This document shows positions 1 through 8,667 of a DNA stretch of 64,000 nt, piece after piece. Position numbers and translations under genes: made by a program. The notes beneath the pieces are model-generated. The model worked only from the letters and a program-made list of their open reading frames with translations. It was not told the DNA's origin and did not search any database. Each line of letters begins with the position of its first letter. Position 1 is the stretch's first letter. Source of the DNA: Nanobdellota archaeon. Its GTDB lineage: Archaea > Nanobdellota > Nanobdellia > Pacearchaeales > GW2011-AR1. The stretch lies in NCBI GenBank assembly GCA_018830525.1, contig JAHJSH010000035.1, positions 5,582 through 69,581 on the forward strand, written 5' to 3'.

Positions 1-1004
1 CCATTCCCATGTTTCCTAATCTCCTCTTTTCTAAGATGCTCAACTATCTTCAGAAAATCAATTCCTGGTTGCAATCTTTTACCATCAATATCATTAGAAA
101 TAAACCCAAATGCTTTTTTTCCTTGTCTTGATTTAGGTCGCATTTCTAAATTAAATGAAAATCCATTGTTTGAAACATCATTTAGACTAGAAACAGGTTC
201 AGAAACTGATTGAGAATTACTGCAAATTCCAGGAACTAACCAAGGTGTAATAAAACCATCATCAAACCCAATATCAAAATTTCTTTTCATTCTAATACCA
301 GGATAAATTCCAGCAAACCACTTGTCTTTAATTTTATCTGTTGCTTGTCTTGCTATTTCTGCTGGCTGAACTCTTAATTCTTTAAGTTTCATAGGAATAA
401 GTTTAGTCATTTGCTTTTCAAAATCTTCTCCACTTTTCAATGCTTGTGCAGCAAGATTTGAACCAACTAAATCAGAATACAAATCTTCCCAAGAAAAAGC
501 ACTAGGTCTTTCAGAAAACATAAAAGAAGAATAACCAAGACGAGTAATTATTTCATGCCAAACAGTAGAACAATAAGCAACACGCTCCCCTAAATTAGCA
601 GAAACTATCCTTGCAATCTTTTGCTTATCATTTTTCTTCATAGATTCCCAATTAGAAGGATAGTATATATTAACAAAATAAACAGCACTATCAATTATTT
701 TAAATGAAAATTCTTTTTTATTGTCATTCATAAGATTTTCATAAATAATATCATAAGCATATTTTGTTCTATCAGTACATTCTTTTAAATGCCCTAAATC
801 AATATATCCTCCCTTGCAAGTATAAAGCATTCCTACCTTATCCCCTCTTCCTCCACCATATTTGTATACCCCAATATCTTCAATTCCAAAATGATGAAAG
901 TTACTCCCAAACCAAGGACTATATCTCCAATGCAATGCAAAACATTGAGAAGAAAAACCAGTTAGAACAACTACTAAACTCAATACAACAATTAATTTTT
1001 TCAT
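1..1004 (-). CDS. hypothetical secreted protein, C-terminus cut by window edge
   Basis: Absent from the ORF track because it runs off the window. ATG at 1004-1002 opens an unbroken minus-strand frame to nt 1. N-terminus MKKLIVVLSLVVVLTGFSSQCFA is signal-peptide-like. The 764..1006 + ORF is its antisense shadow. Confidence 0.55.
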   Translation of the reverse strand, partial: MKKLIVVLSLVVVLTGFSSQCFALHWRYSPWFGSNFHHFGIEDIGVYKYGGGRGDKVGMLYTCKGGYIDLGHLKECTDRTKYAYDIIYENLMNDNKKEFSFKIIDSAVYFVNIYYPSNWESMKKNDKQKIARIVSANLGERVAYCSTVWHEIITRLGYSSFMFSERPSAFSWEDLYSDLVGSNLAAQALKSGEDFEKQMTKLIPMKLKELRVQPAEIARQATDKIKDKWFAGIYPGIRMKRNFDIGFDDGFITPWLVPGICSNSQSVSEPVSSLNDVSNNGFSFNLEMRPKSRQGKKAFGFISNDIDGKRLQPGIDFLKIVEHLRKEEIRKHGN

Positions 1005-1195
1005 AATCTCATCTTACCTTTCTTTTTAAAAATATTAAATTATTTTTCATTAATCTCTATTTACTAAATTTATATCAAAAACTACTCATCAACTAATCAT
1101 CAAGGTAGTTTTAATTTTCAATTCAAAAAAATTAGGCTGAGTCTAAATACTCTCTAAGTATAGAAAAATATCAAGAACCCAGCTCAACAACCAGA

Positions 1196-1627
1196 TCATC
1201 TTTTAAGATCTTTTAAACTCATGGAAAAATTTTCTTTCTTTTGTCTAAGCGCTTTTTCATAACTTTCTTTAGCTGAAATTATTCTTTCATAATCAACTAA
1301 ATCCATAGTTAAAGGAATAGACCCAAGATTAAGAGAATTATATTCATTAATTAAAATTTGAACATCAATGCCTTTCTCTTTTTTCTCAGCTAATCTTCCT
1401 AAAATCATTTGTTGAGTTATGCTCAATCTAAAATAAACCGCTTTGCAAGACTCGTATTTTTCAGGATTTACTGGCTCATTAATAATAATCTCTAGATTTT
1501 TAATCTTATTTTGTAATTTCTGAACCTGAGATTTACTTATTCTAGATTTACAACCAGTAAAACTAAAAATTCCAAAAACAAGAAAACAAACAGCTAAAAC
1601 AAAACACATATTACTTAAACTAACCAT
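1196..1627 (-). CDS. small lipoprotein-like protein (lipobox FTGC)
   Basis: AAGGAG 7 nt upstream of the ATG. Hydrophobic N-terminus ends in FSFTG-C. Confidence 0.6.
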   Translation of the reverse strand: MVSLSNMCFVLAVCFLVFGIFSFTGCKSRISKSQVQKLQNKIKNLEIIINEPVNPEKYESCKAVYFRLSITQQMILGRLAEKKEKGIDVQILINEYNSLNLGSIPLTMDLVDYERIISAKESYEKALRQKKENFSMSLKDLKR

Positions 1628-1758
1628 TTTTAAAACTCCTTAAAAAATTAAACTTACTTAACCATCCTTGACCCCCAATGAATCAAAGATGAAACAATAA
1701 CCTCAATCTCCTGACAATTAAAACCTCCTTTCTATAAGGTTAATATTTAAATTAAAAT

Positions 1759-1800
1759 GGCCCAGACGTTTTATCTTTAGAGCAAGATTACATCTGGGCC
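1759..1800 (-). terminator. hairpin plus T-run downstream of the PEP-CTERM gene
   Basis: ggcccaga (1759-1766) pairs with tctgggcc (1793-1800). On the minus strand it is followed by ATTTTAATTT. Confidence 0.4.
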
Positions 1801-1822
1801 TCCATCACTTTTCTACGATTAG

Positions 1823-2611
1823 TTATTTGCGATTTTTTCTGCGGAGCAAGCTTATGGCGCCGAGAGCGAGAAGTGTAATTGTTGTGGGTTCTGGAACGAT
1901 GTTGAGTTGTGTTGCGAGATTGCTTGGAAGAACTTCTAATCCAGAGGTGTATGCACCAATCATTCCAATCGGGCCGTTGAATGTGACTTCGACTATACTT
2001 CCAGCGATTAGCTTTCGAGTTTCTTGGGTCGGATAAAGTCCGATTCTGCTGAATTCGCCATCTTCAATCCAGCCGTTATTGGTGACGATGTAGTCATTGG
2101 TTAACCAGATAGTTCCATCTTCCAAACTTATTGCGTGGTTTTTTACATAACTAGTGAAGCTGAATTTTATTCCGGGAAAGTTGACATTCATGCTTATCGC
2201 TTGTTGAGTTTGCTTGTCGGTGCGGTTTAGGTGGGATGGGTTGTAGGGCGTTGCGTAGAATGTCGTTTCGAGATAGAAATAGACTTTGCGAGGGTCGTGG
2301 GAATTTCGGTAAGCATGTTGTGTCATTTGTTCGAAGTTCCAAGTGTAGCTGAATGCTCCGTGATCTACTTCGGTTACGCCGTAGTAATTTCCGTAACTGT
2401 TGTCTCCATTCCATGTCGCGTTTCCGGTCATTGAAAATTTATCGAAGGATATTGTCTGGGAGAGATATAATTGGTCTCCAGGGATGCCAGGACCAGAACC
2501 GCAACCGCTACCAGAACTTGGTTCAGGGATGCTTGAGATGATTGTCGCGTTTGCTGTTGTGATTGTCAGTAATACTGTTACGATAATTAGGATGATTGTT
2601 TTTTTGTACAT
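1823..2611 (-). CDS. secreted protein with PEP-CTERM-type sorting tail
   Basis: AAGGAG SD and an N-terminal signal peptide. C-terminus VPEPTTITLLALGAISLLRRKNRK has a PEP motif, a TM helix and a basic cluster. Visibly more GC-rich than its neighbours. Confidence 0.7.
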   Translation of the reverse strand: MYKKTIILIIVTVLLTITTANATIISSIPEPSSGSGCGSGPGIPGDQLYLSQTISFDKFSMTGNATWNGDNSYGNYYGVTEVDHGAFSYTWNFEQMTQHAYRNSHDPRKVYFYLETTFYATPYNPSHLNRTDKQTQQAISMNVNFPGIKFSFTSYVKNHAISLEDGTIWLTNDYIVTNNGWIEDGEFSRIGLYPTQETRKLIAGSIVEVTFNGPIGMIGAYTSGLEVLPSNLATQLNIVPEPTTITLLALGAISLLRRKNRK

Positions 2612-2679
2612 TTCTGTACTCCTTTCTTTGCTCTTGTGAGCGTTTGTTAAATTGTTTGATACGCTGTTGTGTTGAGTTG

Positions 2680-3093
2680 TTAAGACTTAGTTAATTCTTC
2701 TTTGCTGTTGCAAATACATTCTATTGTAAATATCATTTGCCAGACAAAAACTCCGATGAAGGCACCTTTTGTTATTCGGCTGATTATTGTTACGTTCGTT
2801 TCTTCGTTGAGAATTCCTGTAAAGAATCCAATGAAACTTCCAATGAACATTAAGGCTGCAAGGTAGACCCATGCTTCTTGATTAAGAATAGTGTCTCGGA
2901 TTCCCCCATAGTCTTTGCTAAGCAGATTTCCTTTTTTTATCCATGAGTAGAGGAAAAAGAAAGCTGAGCAGAGGCTGTATTGGAGAATGATGAGCCATGG
3001 GACGACGACTAAGTCTTCTAATGTGAGTATTTTGTTGAATAAGTATCCCATGTCTTCTTTTATCCAGAAGAATCTTAGTGCCATGAAAGCCAC
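2680..3093 (-). CDS. polytopic membrane protein (possibly longer, see in-frame TGA finding)
   Basis: 137-aa ORF with several hydrophobic helices. The same frame stays open upstream to ATG 3222 except for one TGA at 3162-3160. Confidence 0.5.
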   Translation of the reverse strand: MAFMALRFFWIKEDMGYLFNKILTLEDLVVVPWLIILQYSLCSAFFFLYSWIKKGNLLSKDYGGIRDTILNQEAWVYLAALMFIGSFIGFFTGILNEETNVTIISRITKGAFIGVFVWQMIFTIECICNSKEELTKS

Positions 3094-3332
3094 TGCAGTG
3101 TAAGCTATGCTGAACAGGAATGTTATTAATCTTCTTGCGTCTGCTTTTGTTTTGCATCTTCAGTAAAAGAAACAGATTACTGCTATGATGATTAAGATGA
3201 GAATCGTTAGTGATGTTTTCATTTTACATCTCCTTATTTTAAGGTTACATTAAATTATTCTTTTCAAACAACCAAATCAAAAAGAGCCCCCAACTCAAGC
3301 AAAAGAGGAAGGGGCTAAAACATAATAACTAA

Positions 3333-3881
3333 TCACTTAAACTCTTCAGTCAGCCCACCAATCAGCCCACCAATCAGCCCAGCAATCAGCCCAGCAATCA
3401 GCCCACCAATCAGCCCACCAATCAGCCCAGCAATCAGCCCAGCAATCAGCCCACCAATCAGCCCAGCAATCAGCCCAACAGTCAGCCCAATAATCAGCCC
3501 AACAGTCAGCCCAATAATCAGCCCAAAAATCAGCCCAATAATCAGCCCAGCAATCAGCCCTTCTTCTTTAAAAGATTTTAAATTCTTAAAACCTTTCTTA
3601 ATCCAAGCACAAAGGCAGACAAATATCAAACCGATTAGGATGTATTCAACCACAAACCAAGGAAGGATTTGTATCTGAGTAATAGAAGTTAAACTTTCTT
3701 TGCTCAAACTTCCTAAACCATCCACTATCCAAAACATCTTAATCAAGAACACATTTCCTATCGCTAAACCTATTGCAACAAGTATCAAGAAAAACCTCAA
3801 CCAATGCGAATAGTGAGGGAATTTAATCTTGTCTTTTTGTGCCTCTTTTACTTTTACATTTTCCAGATTTTCATTTTCCAT
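3333..3881 (-). CDS. membrane protein with (GLIx)n glycine-zipper repeat tail
   Basis: AAGGAG SD and two N-terminal TM helices. C-terminal roughly 70 aa are [18 protein letters not shown] repeats. Confidence 0.65.
   Translation of the reverse strand: MENENLENVKVKEAQKDKIKFPHYSHWLRFFLILVAIGLAIGNVFLIKMFWIVDGLGSLSKESLTSITQIQILPWFVVEYILIGLIFVCLCAWIKKGFKNLKSFKEEGLIAGLIIGLIFGLIIGLTVGLIIGLTVGLIAGLIGGLIAGLIAGLIGGLIGGLIAGLIAGLIGGLIGGLTEEFK
3351..3560. repeat. 12-nt tandem repeat (about 17.5 units) inside CDS 3333..3881
   Basis: Unit cagccc-NNN-a-R-t repeats head to tail with a 48-nt higher-order unit. It encodes the GLIx repeat. Confidence 0.9.
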
Positions 3882-3919
3882 TTTTACATCTCCTTATTTT
3901 AAGGTTACATTAATTTGTT

Positions 3920-4294
3920 TTAATTTGTGCAAAGATTTTCTACTTTCATAATAACGTAGTTATTCGGGGCGTTGATTCCGAGTCTTACTTGAGTTTTTGA
4001 AAAGACTTGTATCACATACATGACATTTCTGGCCTGTTCCCGATTATTTTTCTTCAGGATGATTATTTCTTGGCCATTGTTTCTGGAAATGTCACAGGTC
4101 CCTAAATCTTTTCCACCCTTCAGAAGAGTCGCGCTTTCTAGGTCTTTTTTGGTTCCTAGTTCTGAGAATTGCGAATGCCCAGACCATACACGAATATTTA
4201 CCCCCCCCTCGGCTTCGATTATGTGAATCAGCAAGTCATTGTTAATTTTGATGACATCATCTTTTTGAAAGGTTCCTTTTGTTTCTGTTAACAT
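3920..4294 (-). CDS. CsrA-signature protein, apparently two fused CsrA-like halves
   Basis: C-terminal half IIILKK...VIQVFSKTQVRLGINAPNNYVIMKVE matches the CsrA pattern (ML.L.R ... V.VL...G..VR[IL]GI.AP). N-terminal half MLTETKG...LIHIIEAEGGVNIRVW is a weaker copy. CAGGAGG SD. Confidence 0.5.
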   Translation of the reverse strand: MLTETKGTFQKDDVIKINNDLLIHIIEAEGGVNIRVWSGHSQFSELGTKKDLESATLLKGGKDLGTCDISRNNGQEIIILKKNNREQARNVMYVIQVFSKTQVRLGINAPNNYVIMKVENLCTN

Positions 4295-4576
4295 GTTAAC
4301 CTCCTGTGTTTATCTAAGATTATTTGGTTTGACCGGATTCCTTTGTAAACTTCTTCTCCGCATTTTATATGACATGTTTGTTCTTTTGGGCTGATGTGGA
4401 TAACGATGCCGTATTCGGTACATGCACGAGTCGTTATCCAAACCGGGCTCTTCCTCTTTTCAAATTTTTGTTATCGCCGTCTTTCATTGGTAATCTCCTT
4501 ATTATTAATAAAATGGAGTCTGAGTTACTTGACTTTTCGCTTAGACTCTTGTAAGTATTGACGCGAGCCGACGTGA

Positions 4577-5392
4577 TTAATCTTTTTTGATTTCTTCGAG
4601 GGCTTTTTCTTCTTCGGAAGGCAAGAGTGCATCTCGGTTTGAGATTATCTGTTGGTAACTCTTCGGGAGAAGGTCGAAGCAACGGGCGCCGTTAGCATTC
4701 ATTTTTCCTAAATTTGCGCCTTCTTCTTTAAGCCAGTTTAAAATCTGTTCGTGTATTCTAATGCTCGGCATTTTTGGATTAGGATTAGAATGGGCGAAAC
4801 TTAGACTCTCGGCAACAATATGTGCAGCTGTTGTCAGAGTTTCCTTTTTTGGAAGGTTTAGGAGATTCTCTTTTTTACCATCTTCTGCTTCGTAGAGCTT
4901 CAAGATAATTTTCATATTGTCGATGTTTAATCCTTTTGCTGCCTTGAACCAACCTTTTTCCAGTTCCTTAAGAGAATATTTGATATTTTCTCCGAGGAGT
5001 GAAAGAACGCTGAGGTTTTTTCCAGAAGCTTTGTGAAATGATTGTATCTTTAGGAAGCCTAATATTCTCGTATGGCACATCGAAGAATAATTGTTTCTTT
5101 CTGCTTCTTCAAGAAGATATTTTTCTGCTCGATGAAATGTTTCGATGGGACTTGATTGAAGCATGTAAATGAAAGAGTAACCAAAACATACTATGCTAAG
5201 AAGAATACAAATACAGAGATCCCATCTAAATGGTTTTTCAACCTCCGGAGTGGCTACCTCAACTTCAGGAGTTGTTGCTTCTACTTTAACAGCAGATGAT
5301 TCGGCGATATTTACTTCAATATTTCGATAGAGGACCAGCATGGTTGCGAACAATGCTAATACTACGACAAACATAAGCAATGAATTTCTCAT
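4577..5392 (-). CDS. membrane-anchored hypothetical protein
   Basis: Start moved to Met15 (ATG 5392), which has GAAAGGAGAAACGAAA upstream. N-terminal TM helix. Confidence 0.55.
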   Translation of the reverse strand: MRNSLLMFVVVLALFATMLVLYRNIEVNIAESSAVKVEATTPEVEVATPEVEKPFRWDLCICILLSIVCFGYSFIYMLQSSPIETFHRAEKYLLEEAERNNYSSMCHTRILGFLKIQSFHKASGKNLSVLSLLGENIKYSLKELEKGWFKAAKGLNIDNMKIILKLYEAEDGKKENLLNLPKKETLTTAAHIVAESLSFAHSNPNPKMPSIRIHEQILNWLKEEGANLGKMNANGARCFDLLPKSYQQIISNRDALLPSEEEKALEEIKKD

Positions 5393-5524
5393 TTTCGTTT
5401 CTCCTTTCAAGAGAATTTGCTCACTATTGAACATGAATGTTTTTTTGTTTGTTTAGAAAAAATGAGTGCCCAAGAGCAAGAAGGGGATTCTTGTGGGCAC
5501 CTGTTTTTGGGAGGGAGGAGAGAT

Positions 5525-5755
5525 TTAATCAGATTCAACTGTGATTGTAAATTGTTGGTCGTACTCCATGAGGGTTGTTTCAATCATTATCTTTGCCAGC
5601 ATTTTCGCTGTTTCGAATGCGATTGGGACATTTCCCGTATTGGTTTCGTTTTCGATAGTTGCGAGATAATTTATACCTCCCACGCGAAAAAATCTTGGCG
5701 ATTTGTCCGTTGTTCCGTGAAAACGTCTTATATTCATTACATATTTTTTCTTCAT
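5525..5755 (-). CDS. hypothetical protein
   Basis: 76-aa ORF co-directional with its neighbours. Weak SD. Confidence 0.4.
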   Translation of the reverse strand: MKKKYVMNIRRFHGTTDKSPRFFRVGGINYLATIENETNTGNVPIAFETAKMLAKIMIETTLMEYDQQFTITVESD

Positions 5756-5827
5756 GATATCATCTTTTAATTTTTTTAAACTGGTTGTTATTTAGAATTG
5801 GAAGGTGCCTGGCGCGATTCAAAATAT

Positions 5828-6325
5828 TTAATCTTTGGCACCGTTCCCGGGGGGAGGAGGACGTTTTTGTATTCTTGAAGAAGGAAGACGACTCTTTGAA
5901 AAGTCTATGGGTTCTTCGACAAATTTTCCATTGAACAGAACGAAGATATTTGTCCAAGGATTGCGGATGCGAAGGTGGTTAAATTCTCCGAAATATTCTG
6001 CCTTGGAACGGATTATACTTTTCCTTAAATAATAAATCTCATCTCCATTCTTCTCTTGTTGTTTATATTCTTCATAAGTTGTGGGATTTTTTAGGAGGTC
6101 TCTTTCCAGGGCGAGTAACTCTGTCTCCTGTAGTGGAATTTCTTTTTCAGAATATTTGATGCTCTTAAGTTCATGACCGTATGCCCAAGAAGTTAGCATC
6201 ACCATTAATAATAGAAATACTATTGAAATCCCCGTCGCAATAACAAGGGGTTCCCAATCCTCTTCCTTAATCGAGATGTAAATTCCCAAACCGATTAATA
6301 CTAATGCGATAATAATCCATAACAT
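5828..6325 (-). CDS. membrane protein
   Basis: Start moved to Met25 (ATG 6325), preceded by AAGGAG. The track start is a TTG. Two TM helices. Confidence 0.5.
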   Translation of the reverse strand: MLWIIIALVLIGLGIYISIKEEDWEPLVIATGISIVFLLLMVMLTSWAYGHELKSIKYSEKEIPLQETELLALERDLLKNPTTYEEYKQQEKNGDEIYYLRKSIIRSKAEYFGEFNHLRIRNPWTNIFVLFNGKFVEEPIDFSKSRLPSSRIQKRPPPPGNGAKD

Positions 6326-6381
6326 AATAGACTCCTTGTTTTGAGGTGATTGTTTTGATTCAGTCACAATGACTAAATCTT

Positions 6382-6645
6382 TTAACTTCCTAAACAACTT
6401 GTGAGTAAGATTTTTTTGGCGGTGGCGAATCTTTGGGATTCTATTTTTTGTTCGACTTTTGCGATTGCTTTATCGAATTCTGCGATTTCATTTACTATTT
6501 GGATTCCGAGTGCCGTTTTATACCTGGCTTTTTCCTTCAGACCTTTTATGTTGATTATTATATCTCGTGCTTTTCTCTCCGTCATCCTCTTAGAGATTAA
6601 TGTAAAGTAATCTATTGCCATTTGAGGATAATTTCTTTTGATCAT
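6382..6645 (-). CDS. hypothetical protein
   Basis: Start moved to Met20 (ATG 6645), preceded by AAAGGAGATCATT. The longer ORF would overlap the tRNA-like element. Confidence 0.5.
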   Translation of the reverse strand: MIKRNYPQMAIDYFTLISKRMTERKARDIIINIKGLKEKARYKTALGIQIVNEIAEFDKAIAKVEQKIESQRFATAKKILLTSCLGS

Positions 6646-6697
6646 AATGATCTCCTTTAAAAAATATTCCAATTTTAGTAAATTAGTTTTACGATAA

Positions 6698-6809
6698 GAC
6701 ATCAGATAGGTTTCGAACCTACAAATCTTCCGGGTTCTTTTCCGGTGGCTTTACCAAGATTGATTCTGATGGATAACCATTGAGATACCAATCTTTAAGC
6801 TACTGATAT
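6698..6809 (-). ncRNA. 111-nt tRNA-like element (acceptor stem and T-arm, no recognisable anticodon arm)
   Basis: Minus-sense 5' ATATCAG pairs with 3' CTGATGT. T-arm is GTAGG-TTCGAAA-CCTAT. Between them lie a long bulged helix (AAGATTG...CAATCTT) and a CCGG...CCGG hairpin. Confidence 0.35.
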
Positions 6810-6817
6810 TTATGTTG

Positions 6818-7621
6818 CTAACTTGTCGCTGGATTGTTCCAGTGTTTGTACAGACTGACTCCAAAAGCTATGACTGCCAGGAATGTTAGTGAACCTACAA
6901 GATACATTGCAAGTCCGGGAGTTCTTGGAACATGTTTTATCCAAGTAACTATTAAGAACGGCAGGGCAATTGAAGAGCCGAGGAACCAGTAACTGTACGA
7001 CCGCATGACCTTGAGGAAATTCCATATCATGTGGATGAGCAAGAAGAAATGTGGGAATGGCATGACACCGTTTACTTTGACAGGGTTTCCCTTGAAGATG
7101 TTGATAACGATGCCTATCATTGTGTCCATTACTCCAAATTCTTGCTGAGGTAAGTTTAACATTTGATCCGCGATATCTGCTTGGAATATTTCTATGGGGG
7201 CGTTTGCGCCGCTTAGAGCTATCCAAGTGATTGCGATGAAGAGAATTGGATCAAGGGCTAGTGTAACTAAACTGCTACTTCTTTGGCTGGCTGGATATAT
7301 CCCATGACCTATTGCGCTGATTGCTGAAAGTGCACAGATTCCTGCGAAGGTTAATGCAGCGCTTCCGCAATTTTCTATACCTTTGAGGTAATAGGCAAGG
7401 ATTCCAAAACCTACTGCCGAGACTACCCAAGCTACTCCGATTTTATGGAGGTTCTTGAAGAAGCTGGGATTGGCTAGAAGTAGAATCGAGAATACACCAG
7501 TTATTGCTCCGAGAGTATAGGCTATTCCTGAAAATCTGGGATTTCCAGTTACCTGAAGAATTACTCCCAAGGTTAAACACATTACTGCTGTTCCGAGAAA
7601 ACACATGAATGACTTACTCAT
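6818..7621 (-). CDS. polytopic integral membrane protein
   Basis: AAGGAGATTAAA before the ATG. 267 aa, hydrophobic throughout. Confidence 0.6.
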   Translation of the reverse strand: MSKSFMCFLGTAVMCLTLGVILQVTGNPRFSGIAYTLGAITGVFSILLLANPSFFKNLHKIGVAWVVSAVGFGILAYYLKGIENCGSAALTFAGICALSAISAIGHGIYPASQRSSSLVTLALDPILFIAITWIALSGANAPIEIFQADIADQMLNLPQQEFGVMDTMIGIVINIFKGNPVKVNGVMPFPHFFLLIHMIWNFLKVMRSYSYWFLGSSIALPFLIVTWIKHVPRTPGLAMYLVGSLTFLAVIAFGVSLYKHWNNPATS

Positions 7622-7723
7622 TTTAATCTCCTTATTTTAAGGAATATTTAGTTAGAAAAATTGGGACCGAATAGCCACTGTTGTTATCCGGCCCCATTAC
7701 TGAGCTAGATACCGTGAGCTATA

Positions 7724-8095
7724 CTAATTGGTAGCGTTAGGTCCATAAGCATTACTTATGAGACTCGTTGCTGTTGGAGTCTGTAAAACCAGGGTTATAT
7801 CTTCCGAGGTTTTCAGTGGAGAGTTTTTCCCACATGTAAGACGTTCAACCAACCGGGTTTTTTGTTTTGCCTGTGCGGTTTGGTTAAACTGCGCGGAAGT
7901 TTCTACAACAGTGTTATGACTTCCAGCTACGACATGGAGTCCATCTTGTTCGAGGACACCGATACTGAGGCCTTGGTCATTCATTTCCAAGAGGGAAACT
8001 TTTGTCGCCCCGAGTTGAGCATCTGCACAACCTGTTGCTATTACAGTTAATGCTACCAATACTACTACTGCTAGAATGTTTCTTGTTAACTTCAT
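7724..8095 (-). CDS. lipoprotein-like protein (lipobox ATGC)
   Basis: Signal peptide ...LTVIATG-C. AAAGGAAC upstream. A hairpin plus T-run lies at about 7660-7695. Confidence 0.6.
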   Translation of the reverse strand: MKLTRNILAVVVLVALTVIATGCADAQLGATKVSLLEMNDQGLSIGVLEQDGLHVVAGSHNTVVETSAQFNQTAQAKQKTRLVERLTCGKNSPLKTSEDITLVLQTPTATSLISNAYGPNATN

Positions 8096-8227
8096 TTTGT
8101 GTTCCTTTCAATTGAATTTGTGAATCCATTCTTTCGTTAGGAACGTACATCCGTTTACGTTCAGACAGTTCTTCCTCCGTCCAAATAAATACTTACCTGT
8201 GGAGAAGTCACCTCCTTTCTTTGAAAA

Positions 8228-8256
8228 GGAAAGGCTCCTTAACGAGCGAGCCTTTT
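8228..8256 (-). terminator. hairpin terminator, member of a repeated hairpin family
   Basis: ggaaaggctc / gagcctttt stem with loop cttaacgagc, then a T-run on the minus strand. A 28-nt near-identical copy lies at 11236-11263. Confidence 0.5.
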
Positions 8257-8272
8257 CAGTTAATTGTTATTG

Positions 8273-8608
8273 TTAAAATGGAAATCTTCCTGCTGCTCGC
8301 ATCATAGCCATCGCTTCTTTTTGAGCTTGCCACATCGTATGCGCCATTTTAGATTTAAAGATGAGGCCTGCAATATCAAGGACTATTGCGAATAACCAAA
8401 GGATAATTAATCCTCCAGAGTTACTGTCTGATGCTGCAGCGAGAAGCAAACAAATCATTATCCTTGGTGCGAAACTGAAACCGAGAATTGCCTGGACTGA
8501 TCCGGGTTGTACTGCTCCGAGCCAAAGCATCATAATCCTCGGCATAAATAGTACTCCAAGAAAGAACATGAACGAGACTTCTGGTGAATAGATACTTGTT
8601 AATAACAT
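8273..8608 (-). CDS. small membrane protein
   Basis: AAGGAGAAAAATT before the ATG. Three hydrophobic helices. Confidence 0.55.
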   Translation of the reverse strand: MLLTSIYSPEVSFMFFLGVLFMPRIMMLWLGAVQPGSVQAILGFSFAPRIMICLLLAAASDSNSGGLIILWLFAIVLDIAGLIFKSKMAHTMWQAQKEAMAMMRAAGRFPF

Positions 8609-8667
8609 AATTTTTCTCCTTGTGTAAAAATTAATATTTTATTTGTAATTCAATCACGGCGATTGAA

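Noticed and set aside
764-1006. 80-aa plus-strand ORF at the left edge.
   Set aside because: It is antisense to the longer SD/signal-peptide ORF that runs off the window.
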